DNA of 64,000 nucleotides from Rhodobacteraceae bacterium Araon29 (lineage in GTDB: Bacteria > Pseudomonadota > Alphaproteobacteria > Rhodobacterales > Rhodobacteraceae): assembly GCA_039640505.1 (NCBI GenBank), contig CP046865.1:3375661-3439660 (forward strand), in the 5' to 3' direction. Below, one piece after another: positions 53,103-63,000 of the stretch (its first letter is position 1; each line of letters begins with the position of its first letter). Below the pieces are notes generated by a model. It was not told the DNA's origin and did no database searches. It was given only the letters and a program-made list of their open reading frames with translations. The position numbers and the translations under genes are program-made.

Positions 53103-53943
53103 GCAGCGCTGCCAAGCCCTGACGGTAATCGCGATAGCGCAACGATACCCCCAATTCCGTTTTGATCAGGTCGTTTTTAACCTTCTTACTTTCGGCATAA
53201 AAACTACGGGCCATCGGGGTCATCTCAGCCTCTTCAAATTTGACTACTGGCGGTAGCGGCATGCCAAGCAATTCGGCGGCATGCGCGATCACATCTTGCG
53301 GCGGCGCAGGATAATCATCGCAAACATTATAAACCGCCCCAGAGCGCGGACGGTTGATAGACGCGTGCAGAACCTGAGCGATATCATCCACGTGAATTCG
53401 GCTAAAAACCTGATTTTTCTTTATAATTCGCCGCGCCGTACCATTTTTGACCTTGGAAAACGGGCCTCTGCCCGGCCCATAAATCCCGGCCAAGCGGAAA
53501 ATATGCAGCTTGAGTTCTGAAATTTCCTGCCACTGGCGCTCTGCTGCAATACGGGCTATGCCGCGTTTGGTAGCCGGTGCAAGCAGTGCATTTTCATCGA
53601 TCCATTGGCCTTGATGGTCGCCATAGACCCCTGTTGTCGACAAATATCCAACCCATTTGAACTGGCCAGCCCGCGCATTGAGCGCGCAGCCAAAATCACG
53701 CAGCACCGGATCACCCTGCGCATCAGGGCCAGCGGACACCAAAACATGCGTGGATGCACCCAGCGCTGCTGCTATTTCATCGGTTTTATCCCATAAAAGT
53801 GGTGTGACCCCCGCCGAGCGCATCCGCTCTGCCTTATCTGGGGTACGGGTGGTTCCGGTTACCTGCCAACCAAGCGGAATGAGCATCCGCGCAAGCGCTT
53901 GGGCCGAATAGCCATGACCGAAGGAAAGCATCTGGTTCTGCAT
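53092..53943 (-). CDS. NAD(P)-binding Rossmann-fold protein (atypical SDR / epimerase-like)
   Basis: 283 aa. N-terminal [10 protein letters not shown] glycine-rich motif. Converges on dxs with an 11-nt overlap of coding ends. Confidence 0.6.
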   Translation of the reverse strand: MQNQMLSFGHGYSAQALARMLIPLGWQVTGTTRTPDKAERMRSAGVTPLLWDKTDEIAAALGASTHVLVSAGPDAQGDPVLRDFGCALNARAGQFKWVGYLSTTGVYGDHQGQWIDENALLAPATKRGIARIAAERQWQEISELKLHIFRLAGIYGPGRGPFSKVKNGTARRIIKKNQVFSRIHVDDIAQVLHASINRPRSGAVYNVCDDYPAPPQDVIAHAAELLGMPLPPVVKFEEAEMTPMARSFYAESKKVKNDLIKTELGVSLRYRDYRQGLAALLKL

Positions 53944-54031
53944 ACCCTATTTGCACATGAAGCCCGCATGGCCGCAAGCCGTTATCGGAAAACCGCTTGA
54001 TTTTAGCGCTTAAGACTGCTGGGGTAGAGGC

Positions 54032-54661
54032 ATGCGTAAAACCACACCCGATCTAGATGCCGCCTATGGCTTAAAAACCCCAGATGATAATATCCGTTTG
54101 TACGCAAGTTGGGCTGAGGAATACGACCAAAGCTTTGCCGATGAAATGGACTATCAATTGCCGCAAGAAGTGGCGCGGCTGTTTGCCAATTCCGGTGGTC
54201 TAGGCCCGGTTTTGGATATTGGCGCTGGCACGGGTTTGGCAGCAGAGGCTTTGACATCTTATGGTATTGGGCCAATTGACGCTTTGGACATATCTCAAGA
54301 AATGTTGAGCGTTGCAGCCTTGAAAGGCGTGTATCGAAACTTGATGGTGAAGGATATCACAATCCCCTTTGACCTGGGATCTAACCACTATGCGGGTCTT
54401 ATCAGTTCTGGCACGTTTACCACTGGCCATGTTGGACCTGAGGCATTAGATCACCTTTTAGCTATTGCACTGCCCGATGCATTATTTGCTATTTCAATCA
54501 ATGCGTTTCATTGGAAAACACAGGGTTTTGAAAGCAAATTTTCTGCCTTGGATGGACAGATTTATAATTTCGAACTAGTTGATATCGCCATTTATGGAGC
54601 TCGAAACACCAGTTCGCATAAAGATGATAAGGGCAAAATTGCGCTGTTTAAAAAGCAATAA
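54032..54661 (+). CDS. class I SAM-dependent methyltransferase
   Basis: Motif I LDIGAGTGLAAEAL. 209 aa. GGGGTAGAGG RBS. Confidence 0.7.
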   Translation: MRKTTPDLDAAYGLKTPDDNIRLYASWAEEYDQSFADEMDYQLPQEVARLFANSGGLGPVLDIGAGTGLAAEALTSYGIGPIDALDISQEMLSVAALKGVYRNLMVKDITIPFDLGSNHYAGLISSGTFTTGHVGPEALDHLLAIALPDALFAISINAFHWKTQGFESKFSALDGQIYNFELVDIAIYGARNTSSHKDDKGKIALFKKQ

Positions 54662-54770
54662 AAAGCCCTTTTTTTTACTTTTTGATCCCGAAGGCGCTTA
54701 AATTAAGGTGATATTCACCTTGATCTGAAAATTTTGTAGACAGAAATTTTTATCTGATCGGAGTGCCTTG

Positions 54771-56948
54771 ATGAGTGTTTCTGGCAAGCTGGCAGAAGAG
54801 CGGCGCGGCCGCTTGGCTGCAGAAAGATTGCTCGAACTCAAACAGGCAGAACTGTTTGCTGCCAATCGTAAACTTGGGCGTCATGCCCAGGCGCTTAGTG
54901 AAGAAATCGTTGAAACACGAGCTGAAATCTCAAGTGTTCGCACCGAAAACCAAAAGGTCAAATCCGACTTAACCGTTGCCCATCAGAAAATTGAAATTGT
55001 TGAACGGCGATTGTGGCACTCGATAGAAACTATTCGTGACGGGTTTGCCGTATTTGACATCGACAACCAGCTGGTGATGGCCAACAACGCCTATCTTTCA
55101 ATTTTTGATGGATTGGAAGAAATCCAGACCGGGGTACCCTATGCCCGTATTCTTCAGCTTTTGACCGAGGAGGGTATTGTAAATATCGGCTCAGCATCAG
55201 CCGCAGAATGGCGCGCTGAAATGCATGAACGATGGCAAAGTGATCATCCAGATTCTGTTATAATCCAGCTTTGGAACGAAGAATACATTCAATTGATTGA
55301 CCGGCGAGGACATGGCGGTGATGTGGTTAGTTTGGTTTTAGACATCACTGAATCAGTCACCCATGAAAAAACTTTAAAGGCTGCTCAGGAAACCGCTGAA
55401 AGTGCAAATCGCGCAAAATCCGCATTTCTTGCAAATATGAGCCATGAGATCCGCACGCCCATGAACGGGGTAGTCGGTATGGCAGATTTGATGGCCGATA
55501 CAGTTTTGAATGATGAACAACGGCTTTACGTAGATACCATCAAAACCTCTGGTGAAGCACTTTTGGTGATTATCAATGATGTGCTTGATTATTCCAAGAT
55601 TGAAGCCGACAAGATGAGTTTGTATCCCGAGCCTTTTGACTTAGAAAAATCAATTCACCAAATTCTAATTATGCTGCAAACGAGCGCAACTGAAAAACAC
55701 ATTGATCTTCTGTTAGATTATGATGTTTCTCTGGTCAGTCAGTTTATCGCTGATCCGGGTCGCATCCGCCAGGTTTTGACAAATTTGATTGGCAATGCCC
55801 TAAAGTTTACTCTTGAAGGGCATGTATTGGTTCGCGTGACAGGTCAAAAACAGTCCGCGACCGTCTGTGCACTTGAAGTTGTTATTGAAGATACTGGTAT
55901 TGGCATTTCTACTGAAAAAATCTCACATATTTTTGGGGAATTCAATCAGGTCGATAATCAGAAAAACCGTCGTTTTGAAGGAACTGGTCTGGGGTTGGCG
56001 ATTTCAGAACGCCTGATAAACATGATGGGTGGTAAAATTTGGGTGGAGTCTGAAGAAGGCGTTGGTTCAAAGTTTGGTTTCAACCTTGATCTTGAACGGG
56101 TTGAAACTCCAAAGAATGGCTACCCGAATATTAGCAATAGGTTTGACCATATTGTCATTGCTGAAAAATCATCTTTTGCGGCCTCTATACTTCAAAAGCA
56201 ACTGTCAGACTTGGCCAGTAACATAACACTTTGCCACGATGGCCGCGCAACACTCGACGCCATAAATGAGCTCACAGATTTGGTATTGGTTGGGTTTGAT
56301 CTGCCTGATATGGGTGGCTTTGAATTGGTTCAAACTATTGCTAAGAAACCCAAGGCCCCAGCCTTTATTATGATTAGTAATTCTGCAGCCGATATTTCAA
56401 AGCACGCCAATGCGCCGTTATTAAGCGGCGTTTTACAAAAACCAATATCTCGGCCGTTACTATATTCCACCTTAGAAACCCTGAACCAAACCAAAATCCC
56501 GGAATGTGTTCCCAACAAAGCCTCACCTGAGCCTTCCTCAGCAGACGCCGAGGGTAATAAAATGAAAATATTGACCGCCGAGGACAATAAAACCAATCAA
56601 TTGGTTTTTAAAAAGATGGTTAAATCTTTGAATATCGACTTGGTTTTTGCCGCCAACGGAGAAGAAGCGGTAGAGCTGTATAAAACCTATAAACCAGATT
56701 TGATATTTATGGATATTTCGATGCCAAAAATGGATGGCAAAGACGCTACGCGGGCGATACGCGCTCTTGAAAGCGCATCGAAAACCCACACCCCGATTGT
56801 TGCATTGACAGCGCATGCGATGAGCGGTGATGAGGCAGATATACTATCGGCTGGTCTTGATAAATACCTTACAAAGCCACTGCGCAAGCCGGCTATATTT
56901 GAACAAATTAGTCATCATGCCCCAAAAGGGGTCTGTTTGGGAATTTAA
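54771..56948 (+). CDS. cytoplasmic hybrid sensor histidine kinase/response regulator (coiled-coil, PAS, HisKA, HATPase, degenerate REC, REC)
   Basis: H-box FLANMSHEIRTPMNGVVGM, N/G1/G2 boxes (…IGNALKFT…, …DTGIGI…, …GTGLGLAISERL…). The C-terminal receiver has D…DISMPKMDG…K. The internal receiver-like segment lacks the acidic pair. No TM helices. Confidence 0.85.
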   Translation: MSVSGKLAEERRGRLAAERLLELKQAELFAANRKLGRHAQALSEEIVETRAEISSVRTENQKVKSDLTVAHQKIEIVERRLWHSIETIRDGFAVFDIDNQLVMANNAYLSIFDGLEEIQTGVPYARILQLLTEEGIVNIGSASAAEWRAEMHERWQSDHPDSVIIQLWNEEYIQLIDRRGHGGDVVSLVLDITESVTHEKTLKAAQETAESANRAKSAFLANMSHEIRTPMNGVVGMADLMADTVLNDEQRLYVDTIKTSGEALLVIINDVLDYSKIEADKMSLYPEPFDLEKSIHQILIMLQTSATEKHIDLLLDYDVSLVSQFIADPGRIRQVLTNLIGNALKFTLEGHVLVRVTGQKQSATVCALEVVIEDTGIGISTEKISHIFGEFNQVDNQKNRRFEGTGLGLAISERLINMMGGKIWVESEEGVGSKFGFNLDLERVETPKNGYPNISNRFDHIVIAEKSSFAASILQKQLSDLASNITLCHDGRATLDAINELTDLVLVGFDLPDMGGFELVQTIAKKPKAPAFIMISNSAADISKHANAPLLSGVLQKPISRPLLYSTLETLNQTKIPECVPNKASPEPSSADAEGNKMKILTAEDNKTNQLVFKKMVKSLNIDLVFAANGEEAVELYKTYKPDLIFMDISMPKMDGKDATRAIRALESASKTHTPIVALTAHAMSGDEADILSAGLDKYLTKPLRKPAIFEQISHHAPKGVCLGI

Positions 56949-57006
56949 CTCAGGCCACATTTCCCCAAATTTTAATCTTCATGATAAGATCAACAGCGGA
57001 GCGCCC

Positions 57007-58602
57007 TTAGTTAACTTGCTCGCGTAAAATCGATGCCGTGATGGAAATCAGAAGATAAATCCCGCATAGAATTAAAAGAACTGTAAGTGTATCTTCAAAA
57101 GCATGCGGGTGGCTTGCGCTTTCTGCACTGACCGGTTCAACCGCAAGCGTTAAATAACGGGATTGAGATGTGGCATCACTTTCGGTTGCGCGCAAATGCT
57201 CTAGGGAAGATTGAAACATCATATCCCGGGTTGCTACATCGGCCATAGATACCTGTATTCGTGAAAGCAGTTCTGCCAATGTCATGCCGTTATCCATCGG
57301 GGCCTTTATTGTCTCTTCGGTATCAATTTTTGCCTGCCGGAGCCGCCGAATATCAGCACGCACACCTGAAACACGCGACTCGTTGGGCTTTAAATTATCC
57401 AAAAGAGCTTCGAGTTGTAATTCTTTGCTAAGAATTTGTTGCTCTAAAGTTGTTATTTGTGAACGAAGACTGGCTGCATAAGCCTCAGGGTCTAATAGAG
57501 TGGATTGTTGCAACTCAACGAGCGCTTCCTGGGCTTTTCGGCGTTCTTCCATCGCACTTTGAAGAGATTCCTTAGCATCAGCTAATTGATTTTTCTTCTT
57601 GCGTTGAGAAAGACCATCAACTTTTTCTTCGGCATAGGTAATTAGGGCTCTGGAAAATGCAACGCTCACTTCAGGATTGGCCGAGATGACTTCCATGTTC
57701 ACAACACCCTCGGTGGGGTCAAACCCTAATTTTATTCGTTTTTTATAGATTTTATAAGCGGACTCATTACTTGCATTTTCTGGCAGTCTTTGGAGAACAT
57801 CAATGAATTGCGCACCGAAATGGTCCTTAAAACCTGCATCTCTATCAAGCCGCAGCATTGCTTCTTTGGATTCAAGGAAGGTTTGCACCGTGATCGCATC
57901 CTGAGTTGTTGCAAACGATGTGCCCGACAACAGCCCCCCAGCGCCACCAATTCCGCTATCCGCTTTGTCTATTTGGAACGCAGATTTTGTTGAATACATC
58001 GGCGTTGCCAAACTGGAAAAATAGTAACCAGACATAAGAGTTGGCAAAAATATAAACGCAGCCAAGCGCAATACCAGCATCAAAATATTACGCCGCCTGC
58101 GCCTAATCATGTCTTTTTGCAGTGCCATAATCTCTGCAGCGCGCCTGACCCCCGGATTTGGATCAGATGTTTTTGTTAAAACCGCTGGAACTTTTGACAA
58201 GGCAATTTTCTGCGGTAACTGTTTTTTTCCATCCTGCGAAGGTAAATCGGTCTTTGCTTGGATATCCAAAACATTCCCGCGCTCAAAAGGATCAATACCC
58301 TGCATCCGTAGTTTCAGAACTGCTTCATGATCCGTCTCAAACGGCAACCCATGATTTTGAGCCGTTCGGCGCGCCATACGCAACTGCCGAGCGTTTAAGC
58401 CTTCCTGCCTAACTGCCTCTAAATCCTGATTAATGGTGTTTTGCGCGGCTTGCGCTGTGGCTGCTCCAGACCCTTTTGCAACATTATTGAAAGACTTCTG
58501 CGACTGATGCGTTTGCTCAGAGTCTTCTTGGTTGCCGCGCTGTGCAAGCTTTGAGGCAAGGCCCTTTATACGGTATTTTTCAATTTTGTGTTTCATAGTC
58601 AT
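57007..58602 (-). CDS. kpsE: capsule polysaccharide export inner-membrane protein KpsE-like (polysaccharide co-polymerase family) with an N-terminal extension of about 160 aa
   Basis: TM1 (…ILMLVLRLAAFIFLPTLMSGYYF…). A long periplasmic coiled-coil region and a C-terminal TM (…LTVLLILCGIYLLISITASIL…). The ORF is open 164 codons upstream of the KpsE-like Met and overlaps the kpsT 3' end by 23 nt. Confidence 0.6.
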   Translation of the reverse strand: MTMKHKIEKYRIKGLASKLAQRGNQEDSEQTHQSQKSFNNVAKGSGAATAQAAQNTINQDLEAVRQEGLNARQLRMARRTAQNHGLPFETDHEAVLKLRMQGIDPFERGNVLDIQAKTDLPSQDGKKQLPQKIALSKVPAVLTKTSDPNPGVRRAAEIMALQKDMIRRRRRNILMLVLRLAAFIFLPTLMSGYYFSSLATPMYSTKSAFQIDKADSGIGGAGGLLSGTSFATTQDAITVQTFLESKEAMLRLDRDAGFKDHFGAQFIDVLQRLPENASNESAYKIYKKRIKLGFDPTEGVVNMEVISANPEVSVAFSRALITYAEEKVDGLSQRKKKNQLADAKESLQSAMEERRKAQEALVELQQSTLLDPEAYAASLRSQITTLEQQILSKELQLEALLDNLKPNESRVSGVRADIRRLRQAKIDTEETIKAPMDNGMTLAELLSRIQVSMADVATRDMMFQSSLEHLRATESDATSQSRYLTLAVEPVSAESASHPHAFEDTLTVLLILCGIYLLISITASILREQVN

Positions 58603-59239
58603 ATAACTGCTTTGCCTGCTCTAGGTTATCGAACAAATGCAATTTTCCGGACAACAGGACGGCGGCCTGTGTTGCATATTTTTCAAGAATTTCTGCTTGA
58701 TGCGATACGATAATAATGGTCGTTGTACGCAGTCGCTCGGCCAAAATATCACCAGCCTTTTTATTGAAACTGACATCCGTGCTGTTCGGCATGCCTTCGT
58801 CGATAAGGTAGATGTCAAAATCCAGCGCCAGCATAAGCGAAAAGGTAAACCGTGCGCGCATTCCAGATGAATATACGCCGAGCGGTTGATCAAAATATTC
58901 ATCCAAATTGCAGAGCCATCGGCAATAGGATTCGACGTAATCGGGATCTAATCCATAAAGCTTGGCGATATAGCGACAATTTTCCTGCGCCGTATGCCGG
59001 TTCACAACACCGCCCATAAACCCCAAAGGAAATGAGACGTTGCAATATCGGTTGATGGTACCTTCATCGGGTTTTTCCAGACCAGCCATCATTTTAATCA
59101 ATGTGGTCTTACCAGTTCCATTTGGCGCTAAAATACCCAAGGACGTCCCTAATTCAACCCTGAACGAGACACGATCAAGAATAACTTTTCGCTGAGTGCC
59201 TGTCCAAAAGGACTTGCTGACATTATTGAATTCTAACAT
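58580..59239 (-). CDS. kpsT: capsular polysaccharide export ABC transporter ATP-binding protein
   Basis: 219 aa. Walker A APNGTGKTT, signature YSSGMRARF, Walker B IYLIDEG. Small KpsT/Wzt-N-like size. Confidence 0.8.
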   Translation of the reverse strand: MLEFNNVSKSFWTGTQRKVILDRVSFRVELGTSLGILAPNGTGKTTLIKMMAGLEKPDEGTINRYCNVSFPLGFMGGVVNRHTAQENCRYIAKLYGLDPDYVESYCRWLCNLDEYFDQPLGVYSSGMRARFTFSLMLALDFDIYLIDEGMPNSTDVSFNKKAGDILAERLRTTTIIIVSHQAEILEKYATQAAVLLSGKLHLFDNLEQAKQLYDYETQN

Positions 59240-59471
59240 GTAAACTGCGGACCACGTCTGTCTAGATATTTGCTTTATAACTATAAAACAGGGGAGTTAA
59301 TTTAATCTAAGTATGGCAAATATAGATCAAATATGTCTATTTTTTGCCGAAAATTAATTAATTTAGAGATGTTGCAATTGGAGTGCCAAAATAGCTAAGG
59401 TAATTGGCAAAGGTTGGCCGCATTAAGTTAGCAGAAATCTTCGTAAAAACATACGGGTAAACACGGCTAGG

Positions 59472-61172
59472 CTAGATGTAATTCACAACTAAAACCAAGC
59501 CCAGCAATATTGCGATCCAAACCACCATTGACCCGGTGGGTAGAACTTTTGCAACCCCTGTATTTGGTCCATAAAGTTGAAATAAAATCGCAACAATACG
59601 GCTAAGCCCCAACTGAACATTACTACTAAGATTTGCCCAGGCCTGTGAAAGGCCCTGTGATACACCACCCAAAAGTCGTGGAAGGAGCCGGCGGTAAATC
59701 CAGTCAACATCCAAATTAACCGCACGTATTTCAGGGGGATGAATGCCACTGCGCATCAACACTGCAAAAGCCAGCAATGCAAAACACAGCAATTGAAGCT
59801 GTCCAACCACATGCGCCATTGTGTAGGGATGATATTCGACATCATAAGGCAGAAGCGCATAAAGCGTATCGGGGTAAACCCCTATGAAAATACAAAGAAA
59901 CGCGGTGATCCCCATTGCTAGCTGCATATGAACAGGGGCTTCTTTCGGGCGTAGGCCACTGTCGTGACTGAAAAATGTAAAGTAGGGTATTTTAATGCCT
60001 GAATGCGACAGCACACCTGCTGATGCAAAAACAAGAATAGCCCAAATAATTGGATAATGTTCGTTCGCAGTTTCATCCAAGATCAATGATTTCGTCACAA
60101 AGCCGGAAAACAGCGGAAAGGCGGAAATCGATGCAGCCCCGATTAGGCAGAAGATTGCTGTGCGCGGCATAGTGCGGCACAACCCGCCCAGTTCTGAGGC
60201 CTTTGATGTCCCAGTTCGAAACAGAACAGCTCCAACGCTCATGAATAAAAGCGCTTTGTAAAGAATATGCGCAAAGGCATGTGATGCCGTGCCGTTCAGC
60301 GCCATTTCGGTGCCGACCCCAATGCCCACAACCATAAAGCCAAGTTGGTTGTTTAGGCTATAGGCCAGAACCCGGCGCAAATCATTTTCAATCTCCGCAA
60401 AGAAAATTGGGAATAAGGTCATCACAGCGCCAATATAAATAAGTATCTCGGTCCCAGCAAATCCGCGTGCCAGTGAATATACCGCCAATTTGGTGGTAAA
60501 GGCAGAAAGGATCACCGTGCCGGTGACCGTGGCCGCCGGATAACTGTCCTGAAGCCAGTTGTGCAGCAACGGAAAGGCACATTTCATCCCGAACGAGATA
60601 AAGATGAGCCATGTGCCCAAACTTCCCAGCGTCATAGCCTCAAAGGCGATAGACTGGGTTTCGCGGTACAAAAGCGCTGTGCCTGCCAGCAAGATCACGC
60701 CCGATGTAATCTGGATAATCAGGTAGCGCATTCCGGTGTGATACGCCCCTTCGGTGCGCCGCGCCCAGATCAAAAACACAGATGTGATCGCAGTGGCTTC
60801 CCAGTAGATAAACAAAGTGATCAAATCACCGGCAAAGACCGCCCCGATGGCAGCACCGGCGTAAAGCAATGCCGCAAGCTGTTGCACCGTATCGCGCACA
60901 TGCCATGCGTAAAGATTGCCTAAAAACGCAGCAATACAGAAAATCAGCGCAAAAATGCGTGACAGCTTATCCACCCGCATGGTGTCCAGTGTCAGTCCAA
61001 GCAAATCAAATTGGCCGTAAGTTCCCTCTGGCAAGGACCAAACTTGAGCGCCGGCAACCAAGGGCACCAACAAAAGCAAAGCTGCACGCAGCGGGCCTTT
61101 GGGCAAAGCAAGCAATAAAAACGCAGCCGCAATAAACAAAAATGCTGTTGGCATCAGGTTAAGCATCATCAT
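59472..61172 (-). CDS. proton-translocating antiporter-like subunit (Proton_antipo_M/PF00361 family; MrpD/NuoN/NuoL-like)
   Basis: 566 aa, about 14 TM helices. Conserved …FMVVGIG…/…AHAFAHILYKALLFMSVGAV… pattern of complex-I antiporter-like subunits. Confidence 0.8.
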   Translation of the reverse strand: MMMLNLMPTAFLFIAAAFLLLALPKGPLRAALLLLVPLVAGAQVWSLPEGTYGQFDLLGLTLDTMRVDKLSRIFALIFCIAAFLGNLYAWHVRDTVQQLAALLYAGAAIGAVFAGDLITLFIYWEATAITSVFLIWARRTEGAYHTGMRYLIIQITSGVILLAGTALLYRETQSIAFEAMTLGSLGTWLIFISFGMKCAFPLLHNWLQDSYPAATVTGTVILSAFTTKLAVYSLARGFAGTEILIYIGAVMTLFPIFFAEIENDLRRVLAYSLNNQLGFMVVGIGVGTEMALNGTASHAFAHILYKALLFMSVGAVLFRTGTSKASELGGLCRTMPRTAIFCLIGAASISAFPLFSGFVTKSLILDETANEHYPIIWAILVFASAGVLSHSGIKIPYFTFFSHDSGLRPKEAPVHMQLAMGITAFLCIFIGVYPDTLYALLPYDVEYHPYTMAHVVGQLQLLCFALLAFAVLMRSGIHPPEIRAVNLDVDWIYRRLLPRLLGGVSQGLSQAWANLSSNVQLGLSRIVAILFQLYGPNTGVAKVLPTGSMVVWIAILLGLVLVVNYI

Positions 61173-61509
61173 GGCCCACCTGCTCTAATTCTTCCTCAGG
61201 GTAGCTTTCGCTATCAATGGCTTTCTCGCCATAGAAGTCCTCGGGCCGTTTGATAAAAATCCGCAAGGTCTTGGCCGCGAGGATGAGCGCGGTGAACATC
61301 AAAAAGCCATAGGCGGCATAAAATCCGGGGATGTATTCGACTGCAAAATGTCCATATTTCTTATAGGTAAAATCAGCCAAAAACGTCATCAGACATATCA
61401 CGGCCAATGCTCCAAAAATCTTGTTTGCATTTGCCGGGTCTGTACACCACATAAGCACCCGACCCAGTGGTGGGTAGCTGTCGGGATTGTCAGCGGGCTT
61501 TCGGTCCAT
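61159..61509 (-). CDS. hypothetical 117-aa two-TM membrane protein with acidic C-terminal tail
   Basis: ATG at 61509 is preceded by a GAGGAGA RBS, 11 nt after the upstream stop. Two hydrophobic helices and a C-terminus SESYPEEELEQVGHDDA. Overlaps the next gene start by 14 nt (translational coupling). Confidence 0.5.
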   Translation of the reverse strand: MDRKPADNPDSYPPLGRVLMWCTDPANANKIFGALAVICLMTFLADFTYKKYGHFAVEYIPGFYAAYGFLMFTALILAAKTLRIFIKRPEDFYGEKAIDSESYPEEELEQVGHDDA

Positions 61510-61519
61510 CAAACTCTCC

Positions 61520-62992
61520 TCAGTTGGTCGCGCCAAGTGGCATTAAAAACGCTTCAATATAGCCAGCAAAGAAAAACAGAACCACACATCCAAGCGCCGT
61601 GAATGCTGGCGGCCCCCAGACGAAAGGTGATGTTTCAAGATTTTTAACCGGCACGGCAGTAGCATTATCACGTATAAAAAAGCCTTTTCCAACGATCGGC
61701 ATTAAATAGGCTACATTCAGTAAAGAGCTGACCAAGAGCACGGCAATGATGATCATCTGGCCTGTATCCACTGCACCCATCATCAACAGCCATTTACTCC
61801 AAGATCCCCCAAGCGGAGGCAATCCGATAATAGACAGAGCACCGATTAGAAATGCACCGAATGTAATCGGCATCGCGCGCCCTAACCCGCTCATATCGCT
61901 AATTTCGGTTTTACGGGTAGCTACGTAAATTGAACCGGCGCACATGAAAAGAGTGATTTTACCCATTGCATGCATCACCACATGTAGCCCGCCGCCAACA
62001 ATGCCCATGCTGGTGGCCAACGCCATCCCGAGCGTGACATAGCTCAGCTGACTTATGGTTGAATAGGCAAGACGCGCTTTAAGATTGTCTTTGGTCATCG
62101 CAATGACCGAGGCTGCAACAATCGAAAACGCTGCCAGCCACATCAGCCAAACCGATGCGCCAGTTGTTGCGAGAAAGTCGATGCCAAAGATATAGACCCC
62201 AATTTTTAGCATGGTAAAGACGCCAGCTTTGACCACGGCCACAGCATGCAGCAGCGCGCTCACCGGGGTCGGGGCCACCATGGCCGCCGGCAACCAGCGG
62301 TGAAATGGCATCAATGCAGCCTTGCCAATTCCAAAAGCATAAAGCGCAAGCAAAAGCGCGGCCATCGGCCCTGCAATATGGTCTTGCAAAATACCGCCGT
62401 GGGTGAAGTCCAGCGTTCCGGTTAGGCCAAAGGTCCAGATAATTGCCACAAGCTGCAACCCGATTGAGGTTGAAATCAGAACCCCTAAATATGTACGGGC
62501 ACCCTTGATTGCTTCTGGCGTGCCTTTATGCGCAACCAAAGGATAGGTCGATAGCGTCAGTGCTTCGTAAAACAAGAACAAGGTGAACATATTGGCGGCA
62601 AAGGCAATGCCCATCACCGAGAAGATCGCAAAAGAAAAACAGGCAAAGAAACGGGCGTGGTGCTTTTCTTTATTGGTGCGCATATAGCCTATGGCGTAGA
62701 TATGCGTGACCATCCACAAACCCGACGCCAAAAGCGCAAACATCAAGCCCAGGGGTTCAACATTAAAGGCAAGATCAAGCCCCGGCAGCACTTCAAATAG
62801 AACCAAAGGCGCGGTTGTTTGACTGCCCACATTGTAAAGAATGACCAATACCACCGCAAAAGTTGCTGCTGCGATCACAAAGGTCAGCCCATCGCGCAGA
62901 TTATCACGGTGGCGCAATACCAAATTTAGTACAACTGCCACAGCCGGCAGGATCATTGACAAAAGTATAGCTGTTGAGGTGTCCATTCCCAT
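61520..62992 (-). CDS. proton-translocating antiporter-like subunit (PF00361 family; MrpD/NuoM-like)
   Basis: 490 aa, about 14 TM helices. …ALLHAVAVVKAGVF… motif. Confidence 0.8.
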   Translation of the reverse strand: MGMDTSTAILLSMILPAVAVVLNLVLRHRDNLRDGLTFVIAAATFAVVLVILYNVGSQTTAPLVLFEVLPGLDLAFNVEPLGLMFALLASGLWMVTHIYAIGYMRTNKEKHHARFFACFSFAIFSVMGIAFAANMFTLFLFYEALTLSTYPLVAHKGTPEAIKGARTYLGVLISTSIGLQLVAIIWTFGLTGTLDFTHGGILQDHIAGPMAALLLALYAFGIGKAALMPFHRWLPAAMVAPTPVSALLHAVAVVKAGVFTMLKIGVYIFGIDFLATTGASVWLMWLAAFSIVAASVIAMTKDNLKARLAYSTISQLSYVTLGMALATSMGIVGGGLHVVMHAMGKITLFMCAGSIYVATRKTEISDMSGLGRAMPITFGAFLIGALSIIGLPPLGGSWSKWLLMMGAVDTGQMIIIAVLLVSSLLNVAYLMPIVGKGFFIRDNATAVPVKNLETSPFVWGPPAFTALGCVVLFFFAGYIEAFLMPLGATN

Positions 62993-63000
62993 CGCCTGCC

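Noticed and set aside
59240-59470. Looked for a kpsM remnant, JUMPstart/ops (GGCGGTAG) element or IS fragment in the AT-rich spacer upstream of kpsT
   Set aside because: No ops motif on either strand and no ORF or protein-like translation. It can only be called an AT-rich promoter/spacer.
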